A stretch of DNA of 64,000 nucleotides from an uncultured Gemmatimonadota bacterium (GTDB lineage Bacteria; Gemmatimonadota; Gemmatimonadetes; Palauibacterales; Palauibacteraceae): assembly GCA_964465015.1 (NCBI GenBank), contig CAYXHP010000068.1, positions 2,362 to 66,361 of the forward strand, written 5' to 3'. How positions within the stretch are numbered: the first letter of the stretch is position 1; each line of letters starts with the position of its first letter. Shown piece after piece: positions 18,508 through 28,658 of this stretch. Position numbers and translations under genes: made by a program. Below the pieces are notes generated by a model. That model ran no database searches, was not told the DNA's origin, and saw nothing but the letters and a program-made list of their open reading frames with translations.

Positions 18508-20770
18508 GTCGGTTCCCGGAACCCAGGAGCTCGCGAACGATCCGGTCCGCTCCGTAGACGTGCTCGAGCGCTTCGGTGATCCCTGCCGCGTCGACTGCGA
18601 CGGTGCGGCCACGGTCGTCACGGAACAGGTACTCGTTCGGGAGCTGCTCGATGTTGCCGTCGAACGCGATGCCGACCACCCGGGCGTCCCGGTCGATGAC
18701 CGGGCTGCCGCTGTTGCCCCCCGAGATGTCGTTCGTGGAGACGAAGTCGAACCGTGTGGACAGGTCGACGGAGTCGCGTGCGGCCTCGAAGTGCGAGGCC
18801 AGCGTCCAGGGGTCCTCGTTGCCGAACGCCGCGGCGCGCGCGTACAGACCGTAGAAGTTGGTGAAGGCGGGCGCGTACGTGCCGTTGTATTCGTACCGCT
18901 TCACGACGCCGTCCGAGATTCGCAGGGTGAAGGTCGCGTCCGGCGGGACATTCGTTCCGTACACGGCGAACAGCGCCTCCGCCAACCGACCCTCCTGTAC
19001 GCTCTCCGTCGCGGCGAGTTCCTGCCACCGGTCGTCCAGGCGCCGGAAGCGGCTCGCCATGGCCCTCGCCAGGGCCAGGATCGGGTCGGAGCTCGTGTCC
19101 ACCGCCGCCTGGCCGCCCGCGAGAAGCGCGGTCCGGAAGCCCGGGTCGCCGAGCCGGGACTCCCGCACCAGGCGGGCGGCGGCATCCTGCGGGCTCTCGC
19201 CCGCACGGAAGGCCAGCTTCCGGATCGTGTCCCCCTCCGGGAGCCAGTCGCGGGCCAGGTCGAGGCGGATGCGCAGGATCCGGGCGCTGGTGCCGCCGTC
19301 GGGAGTGAAGCTCGATCGGAGACGCCGCGCCATCTCCTGGAGCGTGTCCTCGGTCAGCCCCTCCGGGAGCGAGTCGGCCGGCTGGCCGTGGTAGCGCGCG
19401 TAGTCCAGGAGGTCCGAGGCGAGCCCGATGTACGGCGAGCCGATGAAGCCGGGGTTGCTGAGCGTGCGCCGGGCGGCGATTCGCAGCTTCTCGGTCTCGA
19501 TGTCGCGGATCCGGTTCCAGACGTCCCCGTACTTCTGCTCGAGCTCGGGCCGGGTCCGGATGCTGTCCCGGAAGGCGCGCTCCCAGGCGAGCTTCTCGCC
19601 CATGAGACCCGGATCGCGCAGCCCCTTCAGCTCGCCCGTGTAGCTCTTGATCGTGTTCTCGATCTCGAAGAGCCGCTCGCGGATCTGGCGGGCGGCGGCC
19701 GGGTTGGCCCTCTCCACCTCCCGGTAGAAGTCCGCGATCTCCTGGAAATATTCGAGCGAGAACGGATGACGATAGCGCCCCTCGTACAGGAGCTGGCTCA
19801 CGGTGGCCAGGCGGTCCGTCGAGCCGGGATTCCCCGTCAGGAAGACCAGGTCGCCCTCCGAGGGACCGGCCGAATCCCAGCGGAAATAGTCCTCGGGGTG
19901 GACGGGTCCGGAGGAATCGGGCTGGTAGGCACGGAAGAACGCGATGTCGAGGGCGAAACGGGGATAGGTGAAGTTGTCGTCGTCGCCGCCGAAGTAGCCG
20001 GCCTGGAGCTCGGGCGCGAAGACGAGCTTCACCGGGGCGTAGCGGTGATAGCGGTAGAGCTGGTACTGGCCGCCGTGGTAGAGATCGACCACCTGGCAGT
20101 GGACGTGCGCCCCGGAGGCACCGCACCGTCTCTCGAGGCGCGCCTCGGCCGAATCGCGCGCGGCCGCCACTGCCTCGTCGCTCGCCCCCGCGGGCGCCGC
20201 GCTCCGCACGCTGTCCGTCACGTCCGTGATGGCGACCAGCTGGTCCAGGTACAGGTCCGGGCAGAGCTTCTCGTCCGCCCGGGTGGGCGCGTAGAAGCCG
20301 TGGGCCACGTAGTCGCTGTCCGGCGGGGAGACCGCCGACACGCAGTCCCGTGAGCAGTGGTGGTTCGTCATCACGAGCCCATCCGGCGACACGAAGGAGG
20401 CCGAGCAGATCTCGCCGAAGCGGAGCGAGGCGAGACGGACGTGCTTCAGCCAGTCCGCCGAGGCGTCGAAGCTGTAGCGGCTCTTCCAGTAGGCCAGCGG
20501 CGGGTTCTCGAACGTCCACATCGTCCCGAGCTCGTGGCCCGTGAGCTGGATCGTGTCGGCCACCTGACCGATCTCCGGTCCCGGCCGGAGCGAGGCCGGA
20601 GCGGCCGCGCTCTCCGGGGCCGCCGCGGGAGCCACCGGCCGAGCGGCCGGGGGAGTGGGAGCGCCGCCGCCCGAGGCCGTGGCGCAGGCCGACGCGAGAG
20701 GCAAGATCAGCGCGAGCCCCATCGCCGCGAGCGGGCGACGGGCGCCGAGACGTACCGGTCCGACGGTCAT
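18482..20770 (-). CDS. S46 family dipeptidyl peptidase (DPP7/DPP11-like), lipoprotein
   Basis: GTMWTF, TNHHC (catalytic His), TNDISGGNSGSP (catalytic Ser), AFDGN; lipobox LASAC. Confidence 0.95.
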   Translation of the reverse strand: MTVGPVRLGARRPLAAMGLALILPLASACATASGGGAPTPPAARPVAPAAAPESAAAPASLRPGPEIGQVADTIQLTGHELGTMWTFENPPLAYWKSRYSFDASADWLKHVRLASLRFGEICSASFVSPDGLVMTNHHCSRDCVSAVSPPDSDYVAHGFYAPTRADEKLCPDLYLDQLVAITDVTDSVRSAAPAGASDEAVAAARDSAEARLERRCGASGAHVHCQVVDLYHGGQYQLYRYHRYAPVKLVFAPELQAGYFGGDDDNFTYPRFALDIAFFRAYQPDSSGPVHPEDYFRWDSAGPSEGDLVFLTGNPGSTDRLATVSQLLYEGRYRHPFSLEYFQEIADFYREVERANPAAARQIRERLFEIENTIKSYTGELKGLRDPGLMGEKLAWERAFRDSIRTRPELEQKYGDVWNRIRDIETEKLRIAARRTLSNPGFIGSPYIGLASDLLDYARYHGQPADSLPEGLTEDTLQEMARRLRSSFTPDGGTSARILRIRLDLARDWLPEGDTIRKLAFRAGESPQDAAARLVRESRLGDPGFRTALLAGGQAAVDTSSDPILALARAMASRFRRLDDRWQELAATESVQEGRLAEALFAVYGTNVPPDATFTLRISDGVVKRYEYNGTYAPAFTNFYGLYARAAAFGNEDPWTLASHFEAARDSVDLSTRFDFVSTNDISGGNSGSPVIDRDARVVGIAFDGNIEQLPNEYLFRDDRGRTVAVDAAGITEALEHVYGADRIVRELLGSGNRRGDAPGSH

Positions 20771-20945
20771 GGAGACTCCTGCGTCCAGTTCGGCCTGCGG
20801 GAAACGCCGGGGGCGTGTCCGATGTCGGGGGCGCCGCCGAGCCCGGGGTCCGTTCGCGGGGTCGGACCCTTCGGTGACGTCCGGGAAGCTATACGCTACG
20901 GATTCGTCACCGCCGAGCCAAGGGGGAGGGTCGGCGGCACCGCGC

Positions 20946-22157
20946 TCACGGGGTCGCCTGGCCGGCCCCGTACTTCGACAGGATCGCCTGAAGGATGTCG
21001 CCGGCGACGAGCCGGTGGCCGGTCAGGCTCGGATGGACCCCGTCCTTGCTGAAGAGGGGCCCGAACGGCTCGTCCACGGCCTGCTGACCCGACGTGTGGG
21101 GGAAGGGCGGGACGTCGCCCTTCTGCAGCTCCGAGTAGAGGAGCGGGTTGGGGTCCACGTACACCCAGCCGTGTGCCTTCGCCACCTGGTGCACGACCCC
21201 GTTGTAGGCGGCGACGGCGCGGCCCACGGCGTCCACTTCCGCCGGGTCCAGCACCGAGGGATCGTTGACGCAGTCGAGCTCGACTGACTGGCCCTGCTGC
21301 GCCAGGGCCATCAGGTAGCCGAACCCGTAGGCGAACGGGACCCGGGCCGTCTCGCCCACGCCGCCCAGGGAGGAGGGCCCGCAGTCGTCGTTGACGCCCA
21401 GGGTGGGCGGGAGCTGGTTCTGCTGCTTGGCCTGCCACCAGGCCACTCCGAGGGAGAGGTTGGGGACGTATCGCACGTCCGCCACGCCGACGAGGACCGC
21501 GCCCTCGAGGTGGGGGAGAGCCGCCAGGCTGTCCCCGAGTGCGGCGTACCGGGCCGTGAAGTCACCGAGCGGCGTGATGAGGGCCGTGTCCCCGTTGAGG
21601 GCGGCATTCAGGACATCGTCGTTGCCGATCCACACGCTGACGAACGTCGGATCTGCGTCCCGCGCCGCCTGGAGCTGGGTGCGGCCGCCCAGGAACAGGG
21701 TCGTGAGGAGGTTGGCGCTGCTGCTGTCGGACAGGTTGGTCAGCGGGTCGAGCACCTCGGCGCCGGGAACGGCGACATCGTTGAGGACCGCGGGGAGGTT
21801 CGGATCCCGGAGCGCGCACGGCGGGGCGCTCGCGCCTCCCACCACCTCCCCGGTGAAGATGTTCGTGACCGGCGGGGGACATCCGGGTGCCTGGAGGAGC
21901 GGCTGGCTGAAGTCGGTACCGAGGGAGTCGGCGAGGATCGCGGCGTACGACTCCCGCTGGGTGCTGTCGTTGATGCCGGCCGATTGGAAGCCGGCGGTGA
22001 GGCTGTTCCCGAGCGCGACGTACCGGTCGAACACGTGACCGGCCGTTGCGGAGGTGGGCTCGAGGACGCTGGTGCAGCTCGCGAGGGCCGCCGCGAGGAG
22101 CAGCGCCGGCCCCAGGGCCGTGGATCGCGGAAGGTAGCGAACGTCGTATCGAGACAT
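20946..22157 (-). CDS. SGNH/GDSL hydrolase family lipoprotein
   Basis: Block I ALGNSLTAG, block III WIGNDD, block V DGVHPS; lipobox LASC. Confidence 0.9.
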   Translation of the reverse strand: MSRYDVRYLPRSTALGPALLLAAALASCTSVLEPTSATAGHVFDRYVALGNSLTAGFQSAGINDSTQRESYAAILADSLGTDFSQPLLQAPGCPPPVTNIFTGEVVGGASAPPCALRDPNLPAVLNDVAVPGAEVLDPLTNLSDSSSANLLTTLFLGGRTQLQAARDADPTFVSVWIGNDDVLNAALNGDTALITPLGDFTARYAALGDSLAALPHLEGAVLVGVADVRYVPNLSLGVAWWQAKQQNQLPPTLGVNDDCGPSSLGGVGETARVPFAYGFGYLMALAQQGQSVELDCVNDPSVLDPAEVDAVGRAVAAYNGVVHQVAKAHGWVYVDPNPLLYSELQKGDVPPFPHTSGQQAVDEPFGPLFSKDGVHPSLTGHRLVAGDILQAILSKYGAGQATP

Positions 22158-22190
22158 GGTTGCCGTCTGCCCCGGCTGGAGAAAGAGCGC

Positions 22191-23642
22191 CTACTGCAGG
22201 TGCACGGTCGCGGTAGCGGAGAACAGATGTCCCACGAAGCTGAACTGCCCACTGTTCAGTCCCGTGTCGGGGAGCTGGCCGGGGAGGGGGTCACGCACGC
22301 GGCCCCGGCGGCGCACCTGCAGGAGGAAGTCGTAGCCGAAGGCCAGGTCCAGGCGCGAGGTGGGCGTCCAGCCGATACCGGCGGCGAACTGGTTTCGTTG
22401 CCCCTCGGGGAGGAGCGGCGTGACGCTCTGGTCCGGGGCCGCTCCCTGGTTGAATGCGTAGCCCACCCGGGCGCGGACCCGGTCCGTCAGCTCCAGCTGC
22501 CCTCCCAGCCGCACGCCGCTCGTGTTGCGGTAATCCTCGACGCGCGTCTCGGTGCCGGCGCCTCCCTGGAACTCGATCGGGAGCCGCCCGAACAGCGACC
22601 AGTGCGTCCAGTAGTAGTCGCCCTCCAGGTGCAGGCGGTCCGTCGGCCGCACGCCGATTCCCAGGGCGAGCTGGTCCGGCATCGTGATAGTCGTCTGCAC
22701 GCCCTGCGCCGCCAGTGGACCCTGGAAGATTCCCGCGGCCTGCAGCACCGCGTCCATGGGCGTTCCCGCCGGCACGCCGTAAGGATTGCCGGCCGGGAGC
22801 ACGAGGCCGGTCGGCACCGGCGCGAAGCTGGCCGTGCCGTGGTAGGTAAGCTTGACCCGGGTCAGATATCTGGCTCCCGCATCGACCCGGTCGGTCACCC
22901 GGACGCGCACCCCGAAATTCCCGCCCACGCCCGTGGCCGTGCCGGCGGACAGGTGCGCATCCGCGAAAGCGGTGTGGAACGGCACGCCGAGCTGGCCCAT
23001 GAGAGTCCCGGCCGGGGCGCCGAGCCCGGCGGGGACCTGCTGCGTCGACAGATCCAGGAGCTGGTTGAGCTGCACCGTGCTGAACACGACGGTGAGCCCG
23101 GCCCCGATCGAGACCCGGTCCGTGAGGCGCGCCGAGGCGGTGGGCTGCAGGTAGAAGGAGTGGAGACGCGCGTCGTAGCTCACGAAGGCGGCGTCGGAGG
23201 ATCGCGGCCAGGCGGTCTCGAGTCCGAACGGCATGTAGAAGCCGACGCCGAGCCCGAAGCGGTCCCCGAGCCCATAGACGGCGTAGGCGTGCGGAACCGG
23301 GAGTAGCTTGCGGTTCATGTCGGTCTCGGCTCCCGTCCGGTTGGCCGTGAATCGTCCCACGGCCACGATCCCGGCGGCGCCCGCCGAGAGGGTGAGGCCC
23401 CGCCGGGCTCCGGTGGCCGCCGGGTTGAAGAACAGGGCCGAGCCATCGTCGCACGGCGATGCCACGGTGGCTCCGGCCATGGCCATCGCGCACGTCCCTT
23501 GCTCGTAGACGCCGAATCCCTGGGCTCGTCCGGCCGTGGGCGACACGCACCACAGCACGAGGGCGCCGAGCAGGAAAGAGCGGCGGTGCCGGGAGACGGC
23601 CCATCGGAGGACGCTACGAGGGAGGAGGCGGATGGCCGTCAT
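22191..23642 (-). CDS. fadL: OmpP1/FadL-family outer-membrane transporter of hydrophobic compounds
   Basis: RBS GAGGAG before ATG 23642; mature N-terminus QGFGVYEQG…DDGSALFFNPA (FadL NPA motif); beta-barrel body. Confidence 0.88.
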   Translation of the reverse strand: MTAIRLLPRSVLRWAVSRHRRSFLLGALVLWCVSPTAGRAQGFGVYEQGTCAMAMAGATVASPCDDGSALFFNPAATGARRGLTLSAGAAGIVAVGRFTANRTGAETDMNRKLLPVPHAYAVYGLGDRFGLGVGFYMPFGLETAWPRSSDAAFVSYDARLHSFYLQPTASARLTDRVSIGAGLTVVFSTVQLNQLLDLSTQQVPAGLGAPAGTLMGQLGVPFHTAFADAHLSAGTATGVGGNFGVRVRVTDRVDAGARYLTRVKLTYHGTASFAPVPTGLVLPAGNPYGVPAGTPMDAVLQAAGIFQGPLAAQGVQTTITMPDQLALGIGVRPTDRLHLEGDYYWTHWSLFGRLPIEFQGGAGTETRVEDYRNTSGVRLGGQLELTDRVRARVGYAFNQGAAPDQSVTPLLPEGQRNQFAAGIGWTPTSRLDLAFGYDFLLQVRRRGRVRDPLPGQLPDTGLNSGQFSFVGHLFSATATVHLQ

Positions 23643-23920
23643 GGGGCTCCTCGGGGTAGGACGGTGTGCGCGGGGTCGGACACGGCGCGGGAGACCAGCC
23701 TCGGATGGGCCCCCCTGCGCGCGCTCGAGCCACTGATTGATTTTGCTGGAATTCACGGCCCGTGGCAAGCCGGCCGGGCACCGCCGGAGGATCCGTGGCC
23801 GCGACGCGGCGCGGGTTGCGGGGCGGGCGGACGGGGGGTACCTGCAGCACACGGGGCTCCCGCTCGGAGGGAACGGGGCCCGGCAGCCCACCGGAAGCCG
23901 CTGCACGGGGAGGACCGCGG

Positions 23921-24769
23921 ATGGGTCACCGGTCGCGCTGGATCCTGCTCCTGGCCGTCCTCGCCTGCCTCGGGTGCGGCTCGAAGCGTTCGGCCGGTGG
24001 AGAGGGGGCGCCGCGGGTCCTGGTCTCGGTTCCACCCGAGGCCTGGATGGTCGAGTCCATCGCGGGGGAGAGGATCTCGGTGCAGGTCCTCCTGCCGCCC
24101 GGAGCCAGCCCCCACACGTACGAGCCCTCGATCGGGCGTGCGCGGCAGGCCGCCTCGGCGGACCTCTTTCTCCCCATCGGGCACCCGCGGCTGGGATTCG
24201 AGAAGGCCTGGATGGACGCGCTCTCCCGGCTCGGCGGGCCGCGTGTCGTCCCGCTCGGCACCGATTGCCGGGCCAGGCCGGATGATCCGCACATCTGGCT
24301 GTCCGCCGACTGCGCCCGGAGCATGGCTCGGCGCGCCGAGGCGGCGCTGGCGTCGCTCCTCCCGCCAGGAGACAGCGCGGCCCTCCGCGCCGGGCTCGAC
24401 TCGACCCTGGAGGCGATGAGCCGTGCGGACCGGATGGCGGATTCCCTCCTGGCGCCGTTCCGGGGGCACACGTTTCTCGTCTTCCACCCGGCCTGGGCGT
24501 ACTTTGCCGCCGACCACGGCCTGCGCCAGGAAGCGGTCCAGTCCGGGTCGGCCGAGCCCGGTCCGGGCCAGCTGGCGCGCGTCCTTTCCCGCATCCGAGA
24601 GGAGGGCCTGCGCGTGATGTTCATCCAGCCGGGCACGACCGTCGGCGAGGCGGGACGGGTGGCCCGCGAGCTGGGGGTGAGTACCCGCGTGCTGGACCCG
24701 CTCGAGCGGGACTGGCCGGCGCTCGTCGTGCGAGCGGCGCGCGAGCTGGCCGCCGTGTGGTCCGGATGA
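23921..24769 (+). CDS. znuA: Zn/Mn ABC transporter substrate-binding lipoprotein
   Basis: Lipobox LACLGC; SPHTYEP, DPHIWLS and FHPAW metal-binding His motifs. Confidence 0.9.
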   Translation: MGHRSRWILLLAVLACLGCGSKRSAGGEGAPRVLVSVPPEAWMVESIAGERISVQVLLPPGASPHTYEPSIGRARQAASADLFLPIGHPRLGFEKAWMDALSRLGGPRVVPLGTDCRARPDDPHIWLSADCARSMARRAEAALASLLPPGDSAALRAGLDSTLEAMSRADRMADSLLAPFRGHTFLVFHPAWAYFAADHGLRQEAVQSGSAEPGPGQLARVLSRIREEGLRVMFIQPGTTVGEAGRVARELGVSTRVLDPLERDWPALVVRAARELAAVWSG

Positions 24770-24800
24770 CGGTGCTCCCGCCCCTCGTCGACGCGCGCAC

Positions 24801-25571
24801 GTGACCGATCCCGGTCCGGCCGTGTCCTTCGAGCACGTGTGGTTCTCCTACGGCTCGCGTCTCGTGCTGGAGGACGTGTCCCTGGAGATCGAGCGTGGCG
24901 CGTTCCTCGGCATCCTGGGCCCGAACGGCGGCGGTAAGACGACGCTCCTCAAGCTCGTCCTGGGTCTCCTCCGTCCGGACCGGGGCCGGGTGCGAGTGCT
25001 GGGCCTGGCTCCGGTCGCGGCTCGCGGGCGCGTGGGCTACGTGCCGCAGTACACACGGTTCGATGCGGACTTCCCGATCCTCGTCGAGGACGCGGTGCTC
25101 ACCGCCCGGCTCGGGCGCGGACGGACCTGGGGACCGGCCACGCAGGCGGACCGGGCCGTGGCGCGCGAAGCCCTCGAACGGGTCGCGATGGCGGACCAGG
25201 GCGGCCGCCGGATCGGTCAGCTCTCGGGAGGGGAGCTCCAGCGCGTTCTCGTGGCCCGGGCCCTCGCCACCGAGCCCGAGCTCCTGCTCCTGGACGAGCC
25301 CACCTCGAGCGTCGATCCCCGCGTCGGGCGCACGATCTACGAGCTCCTCGAGCAGCTGGGCCCGGAGATGACCCGCGTCGTGGTCTCGCACGACGTCGGA
25401 GTGCTGCGGAGACACGTGGGGAGCGTGGCGTGCGTGAACCGCAAGCTCTTCCATCACGCCGACGGCGGGCTCACCCCCGAGCTGCTGGAGGAGGCGTACG
25501 GCGAGCCGATCGAGCTCGTCTCGCACGGGCACGTTGAGCGGGTGCTCGGACCGCACGAGGAAGGGCCGTGA
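24801..25571 (+). CDS. znuC: Zn/Mn ABC transporter ATP-binding protein
   Basis: GPNGGGKT, LSGGE, LLLDEP, SHD and His-containing C-terminus. Confidence 0.92.
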   Translation: MTDPGPAVSFEHVWFSYGSRLVLEDVSLEIERGAFLGILGPNGGGKTTLLKLVLGLLRPDRGRVRVLGLAPVAARGRVGYVPQYTRFDADFPILVEDAVLTARLGRGRTWGPATQADRAVAREALERVAMADQGGRRIGQLSGGELQRVLVARALATEPELLLLDEPTSSVDPRVGRTIYELLEQLGPEMTRVVVSHDVGVLRRHVGSVACVNRKLFHHADGGLTPELLEEAYGEPIELVSHGHVERVLGPHEEGP

Positions 25572-26398
25572 GCGGCGCGCTCGCCCTGCCGTTCTTCCGT
25601 CACGCGCTGGCGGCCGGGCTTCTCGCGGCCGTCGCGTGCGGGATCATCGGCAGCTACGTGGTGGTGAAAGAGATCGCCTCGATCTCGGGCGGCCTGGCGC
25701 ACGCCGCCTTCGGAGGGGTGGGACTCGGCTACCTCCTGGGCTTCGACCCGATGCTCGGCGCGGTGGGCTTCGGTCTGGTCTCCAGCGCCGGGATCGGGCT
25801 GGCCTACCGGCGGCAGCATGGCGGGCTCGAGACGTTGATCTCGACCGTGTGGGCGGTGGGGATGGCGCTGGGGGTGCTGTTCATCGCGGTGGCGCCCGGA
25901 TACGCCCCGGACCTCACGGCCTACCTGTTCGGGAACATCCTGCTCGTCTCTCCGACCTATCTGGCGCTCGCCGTGGCGCTCGACGTGCTGATCGTGGCGG
26001 TGACCGCGGTGTTCCATCGGCCGCTGCAGGCCCTCGCGTTCGACGAGGAGTTCGCGGAGGTGGTCGGCGTTCCGGTCGGCACGCTCCTCCTCGTCCTGCT
26101 CGGGCTCACGGCCCTGACGGTCGTGCTCCTCATCCGGGTCGTGGGCGTCATCCTCGTCATTGCCCTGCTCACGATTCCGGCCGCGGCCGCCCGGCCCTGG
26201 GCGCGCACGCTGGGCCGAATGATGCTATGGGCCACCCTCGCCGGGGCGGTGAGCATCGTCGCGGGGCTTTGGCTCGCCTGGGGGCTGTCGGTGGGCCCGG
26301 GGATCGACCTTCCGACCGGTCCCCTCATCGTGCTCGTCGCCACCGCGGTGTACGGCGTGTCGTGGATCCTGCACTTCCTCGTCGGAGGCGAAGCCTGA
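25568..26398 (+). CDS. znuB: Zn/Mn ABC transporter permease (ABC-3)
   Basis: LAHAAFGG, YLFGNIL, FDEEFA, VGVILVIALL motifs. Confidence 0.92.
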   Translation: MSGALALPFFRHALAAGLLAAVACGIIGSYVVVKEIASISGGLAHAAFGGVGLGYLLGFDPMLGAVGFGLVSSAGIGLAYRRQHGGLETLISTVWAVGMALGVLFIAVAPGYAPDLTAYLFGNILLVSPTYLALAVALDVLIVAVTAVFHRPLQALAFDEEFAEVVGVPVGTLLLVLLGLTALTVVLLIRVVGVILVIALLTIPAAAARPWARTLGRMMLWATLAGAVSIVAGLWLAWGLSVGPGIDLPTGPLIVLVATAVYGVSWILHFLVGGEA

Positions 26399-27666
26399 TG
26401 GTCGAACGTTGCGCCGAGCTGCTGCTTCCCTGCCTCGTGGGGCTCGCCCTCGTGACGACGGTCGCCCGCGCCCAGGAGCCGCGTGGAGGAGCGGACCGTC
26501 CCCGGGTCCGGGAGGCGGGGATCGTGATCGGGGCGCTCCCGCCGGGCCCTCTGGACGCGATCACCGACGTGGCCGGCGTCCGGGTCGGACAGATCACGCT
26601 GTGGGAGGGAGACTCGCTCCGGACCGGAGTGACCGCGATCCTCCCCCATGACGGGAACCTGTTCCGCGACAAGGTGCACGGGGCGATGGTGGTCGGAAAC
26701 GGATTCGGCAAGCTCATCGGTCTCTCGCAGGTCAACGAGCTCGGCTGGATCGAGACTCCCATTCTCCTCACCGGGACGCTGAGCGTGTGGCGCGCGGCCG
26801 ACGCCCTCGTGGACACGATGCTGGAGATGCCCGAGAACCGGGACGTCGTGTCCATCAATCCCGTGGTGGGGGAGACCAACGACGGCTGGTTGAGCGACAT
26901 CCGGAGCCGGCCCATCGGACCGGAGCAGGTGCGTGGCGCGCTTCGGGCCGCGCACGGGGGAGCGGTGCGGGAGGGGAGCGTCGGGGCCGGGACCGGAACG
27001 CGGGCCCTGGGATGGAAGGGCGGGATCGGAACGGCCTCGCGCGTCGTGCCGGCCGAGCGCGGCGGCTACACGGTGGGAGTGCTCGTGCAGACCAACTACG
27101 GGGGACACCTGCGCATCGCCGGCTACCCCGTGTGGCGGGACCTCGGTCAGAGTCCAGACGAGGGGTCGGCCCGGCCCGCGTCGGCGACGGTGGAGCCGGA
27201 CTCGGGGCGGGCGGCTCCCGGCCGCGGTGCGCCCGGCGCCGGGCCGGCCGTCCCGGAGCCCGACGCCGCCACGCGGGACGCCGATGAAGGCGGCTCGGTC
27301 ATGATCGTGATCGCCACCGACGCCCCGCTCCGGCACCTGGGTCTCACGCGACTGGCCCGGCGGGCCTTCCTGGGCATCGGTCGCACGGGCTCCTGGATGT
27401 CGAACGGGTCGGGCGACTATGCGATCGCCTTCTCGACCCGCCGCGACGGCGCGCCCCCCGTCGACGATGGACGGGATCTCTCGGCTCTGTTCGAGGCCGT
27501 CGTCGAGGCGACGGAGGAGGCCGCGCTCAACTCCCTGTTCCGGGCCACCACCGTGACCGGCTATCGGGGTCGGACCACCGATGCCCTTCCGGTGGGCCGC
27601 GTCCTGTCGATCCTCCGCGCCCACGGCCTCCTGGCCCGAGACCCGGCCGCGGAAGGCGGGCGCTAG
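26398..27666 (+). CDS. dmpA: P1/S58 family aminopeptidase (DmpA-like, self-processing), exported
   Basis: DAITDVAGVRVG, GNGFGK, GETNDG, G|SVMIVIATDAP autoprocessing site, NGSGD; TGATG overlap with znuB. Confidence 0.9.
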   Translation: MVERCAELLLPCLVGLALVTTVARAQEPRGGADRPRVREAGIVIGALPPGPLDAITDVAGVRVGQITLWEGDSLRTGVTAILPHDGNLFRDKVHGAMVVGNGFGKLIGLSQVNELGWIETPILLTGTLSVWRAADALVDTMLEMPENRDVVSINPVVGETNDGWLSDIRSRPIGPEQVRGALRAAHGGAVREGSVGAGTGTRALGWKGGIGTASRVVPAERGGYTVGVLVQTNYGGHLRIAGYPVWRDLGQSPDEGSARPASATVEPDSGRAAPGRGAPGAGPAVPEPDAATRDADEGGSVMIVIATDAPLRHLGLTRLARRAFLGIGRTGSWMSNGSGDYAIAFSTRRDGAPPVDDGRDLSALFEAVVEATEEAALNSLFRATTVTGYRGRTTDALPVGRVLSILRAHGLLARDPAAEGGR

Positions 27667-28442
27667 CCGGGTCCCCGGCCCCGCCCGCCTCGACCCGGGG
27701 CCGGCGGCCTCCGCCGGGCCTCGTCGATCAGCGCCCGGACGCGGGCCGTGAGTCGCTGGACGTCTTCCTCGCTCTCCGGGCTTCCGCGGGCCGGGACCGG
27801 CTCCAGGATCCGGACCACGGCCCTCGCCCTCCCGAACGCCAGGGAGCCCCGGGCCAGTGCCTGCCGGGTCCCGCTCACGGCCAGGGGGAGGACGGGCGCA
27901 CCGGTCTCCAGGGCGAGGCGGAAAGCGCCCTGGTGGAACGGTAGGAGCTCCTCCGCGGGTGCGCGTGTTCCCTCCGGGAAGAGGATCACCGACACTCCGC
28001 GTTCGATCCACCGACGGAGCCGGTCCGAGGCCCGGCGGCGGCTCTCCGGATCCCGCCGCCGCACGCCGACGTCCCCGACCATCCACATCATGAGGCCCAT
28101 GAAGGGAATTCTCAGGATGGCCCGCTTGGAGAGCCACTTCATCTCCCACGGGAGGCAGCCGACCAGAACCACGTCCGCCATGGACTCGTGGTTGCACACG
28201 ACCACGTAGGGTCGGCTCCGGTCCGCCGGCAGGCGTCCCTCGACGCGGACCGACCAGAAGGGGTTCACGGCGACCGCCGCGCGCGCACACAGGCGAAAGG
28301 CTCGGCCCGCGATCACCCGGCGTCGATCCCACCACGCGGTGGTGGCCCACGCGAGGGTCACGAGGGGGGTCCAGGCCACGACGAGGAGCGCCCACAGGAG
28401 CCACACGAGCGCCGAGACGAGGAGGAGCGCGAGACGAGGCAT
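27663..28442 (-). CDS. plsC: 1-acyl-sn-glycerol-3-phosphate acyltransferase (PlsC family)
   Basis: NHESMAD (HX4D) and FPEGTR; N-terminal TM segment. Confidence 0.88.
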   Translation of the reverse strand: MPRLALLLVSALVWLLWALLVVAWTPLVTLAWATTAWWDRRRVIAGRAFRLCARAAVAVNPFWSVRVEGRLPADRSRPYVVVCNHESMADVVLVGCLPWEMKWLSKRAILRIPFMGLMMWMVGDVGVRRRDPESRRRASDRLRRWIERGVSVILFPEGTRAPAEELLPFHQGAFRLALETGAPVLPLAVSGTRQALARGSLAFGRARAVVRILEPVPARGSPESEEDVQRLTARVRALIDEARRRPPAPGRGGRGRGPG

Positions 28443-28658
28443 CTCTCCGTGGAGGATGGCTTCGCGTCGGGGCCGGGGCAAACGCGGCGGGGCTCGACGA
28501 ATGGATCCGCCGCGACCGCCCGCGGACAGGGTCCGGGGCCTCGTGAGGACGCCGCCCGCCGGCTGGACGAAGCTCCGAGGGAGGCATATCGTGCACGCCG
28601 ATCGCCTCGCGGCCGCGGCCGCCGACGGAGCGCACCCGCAGGAAGGACGAAGCCACCG

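Noticed and set aside
23730-23760. AT-rich patch between fadL and znuA as a Zur box
   Set aside because: No clear palindrome matching the Zur consensus sequences I know; probably just promoter DNA.
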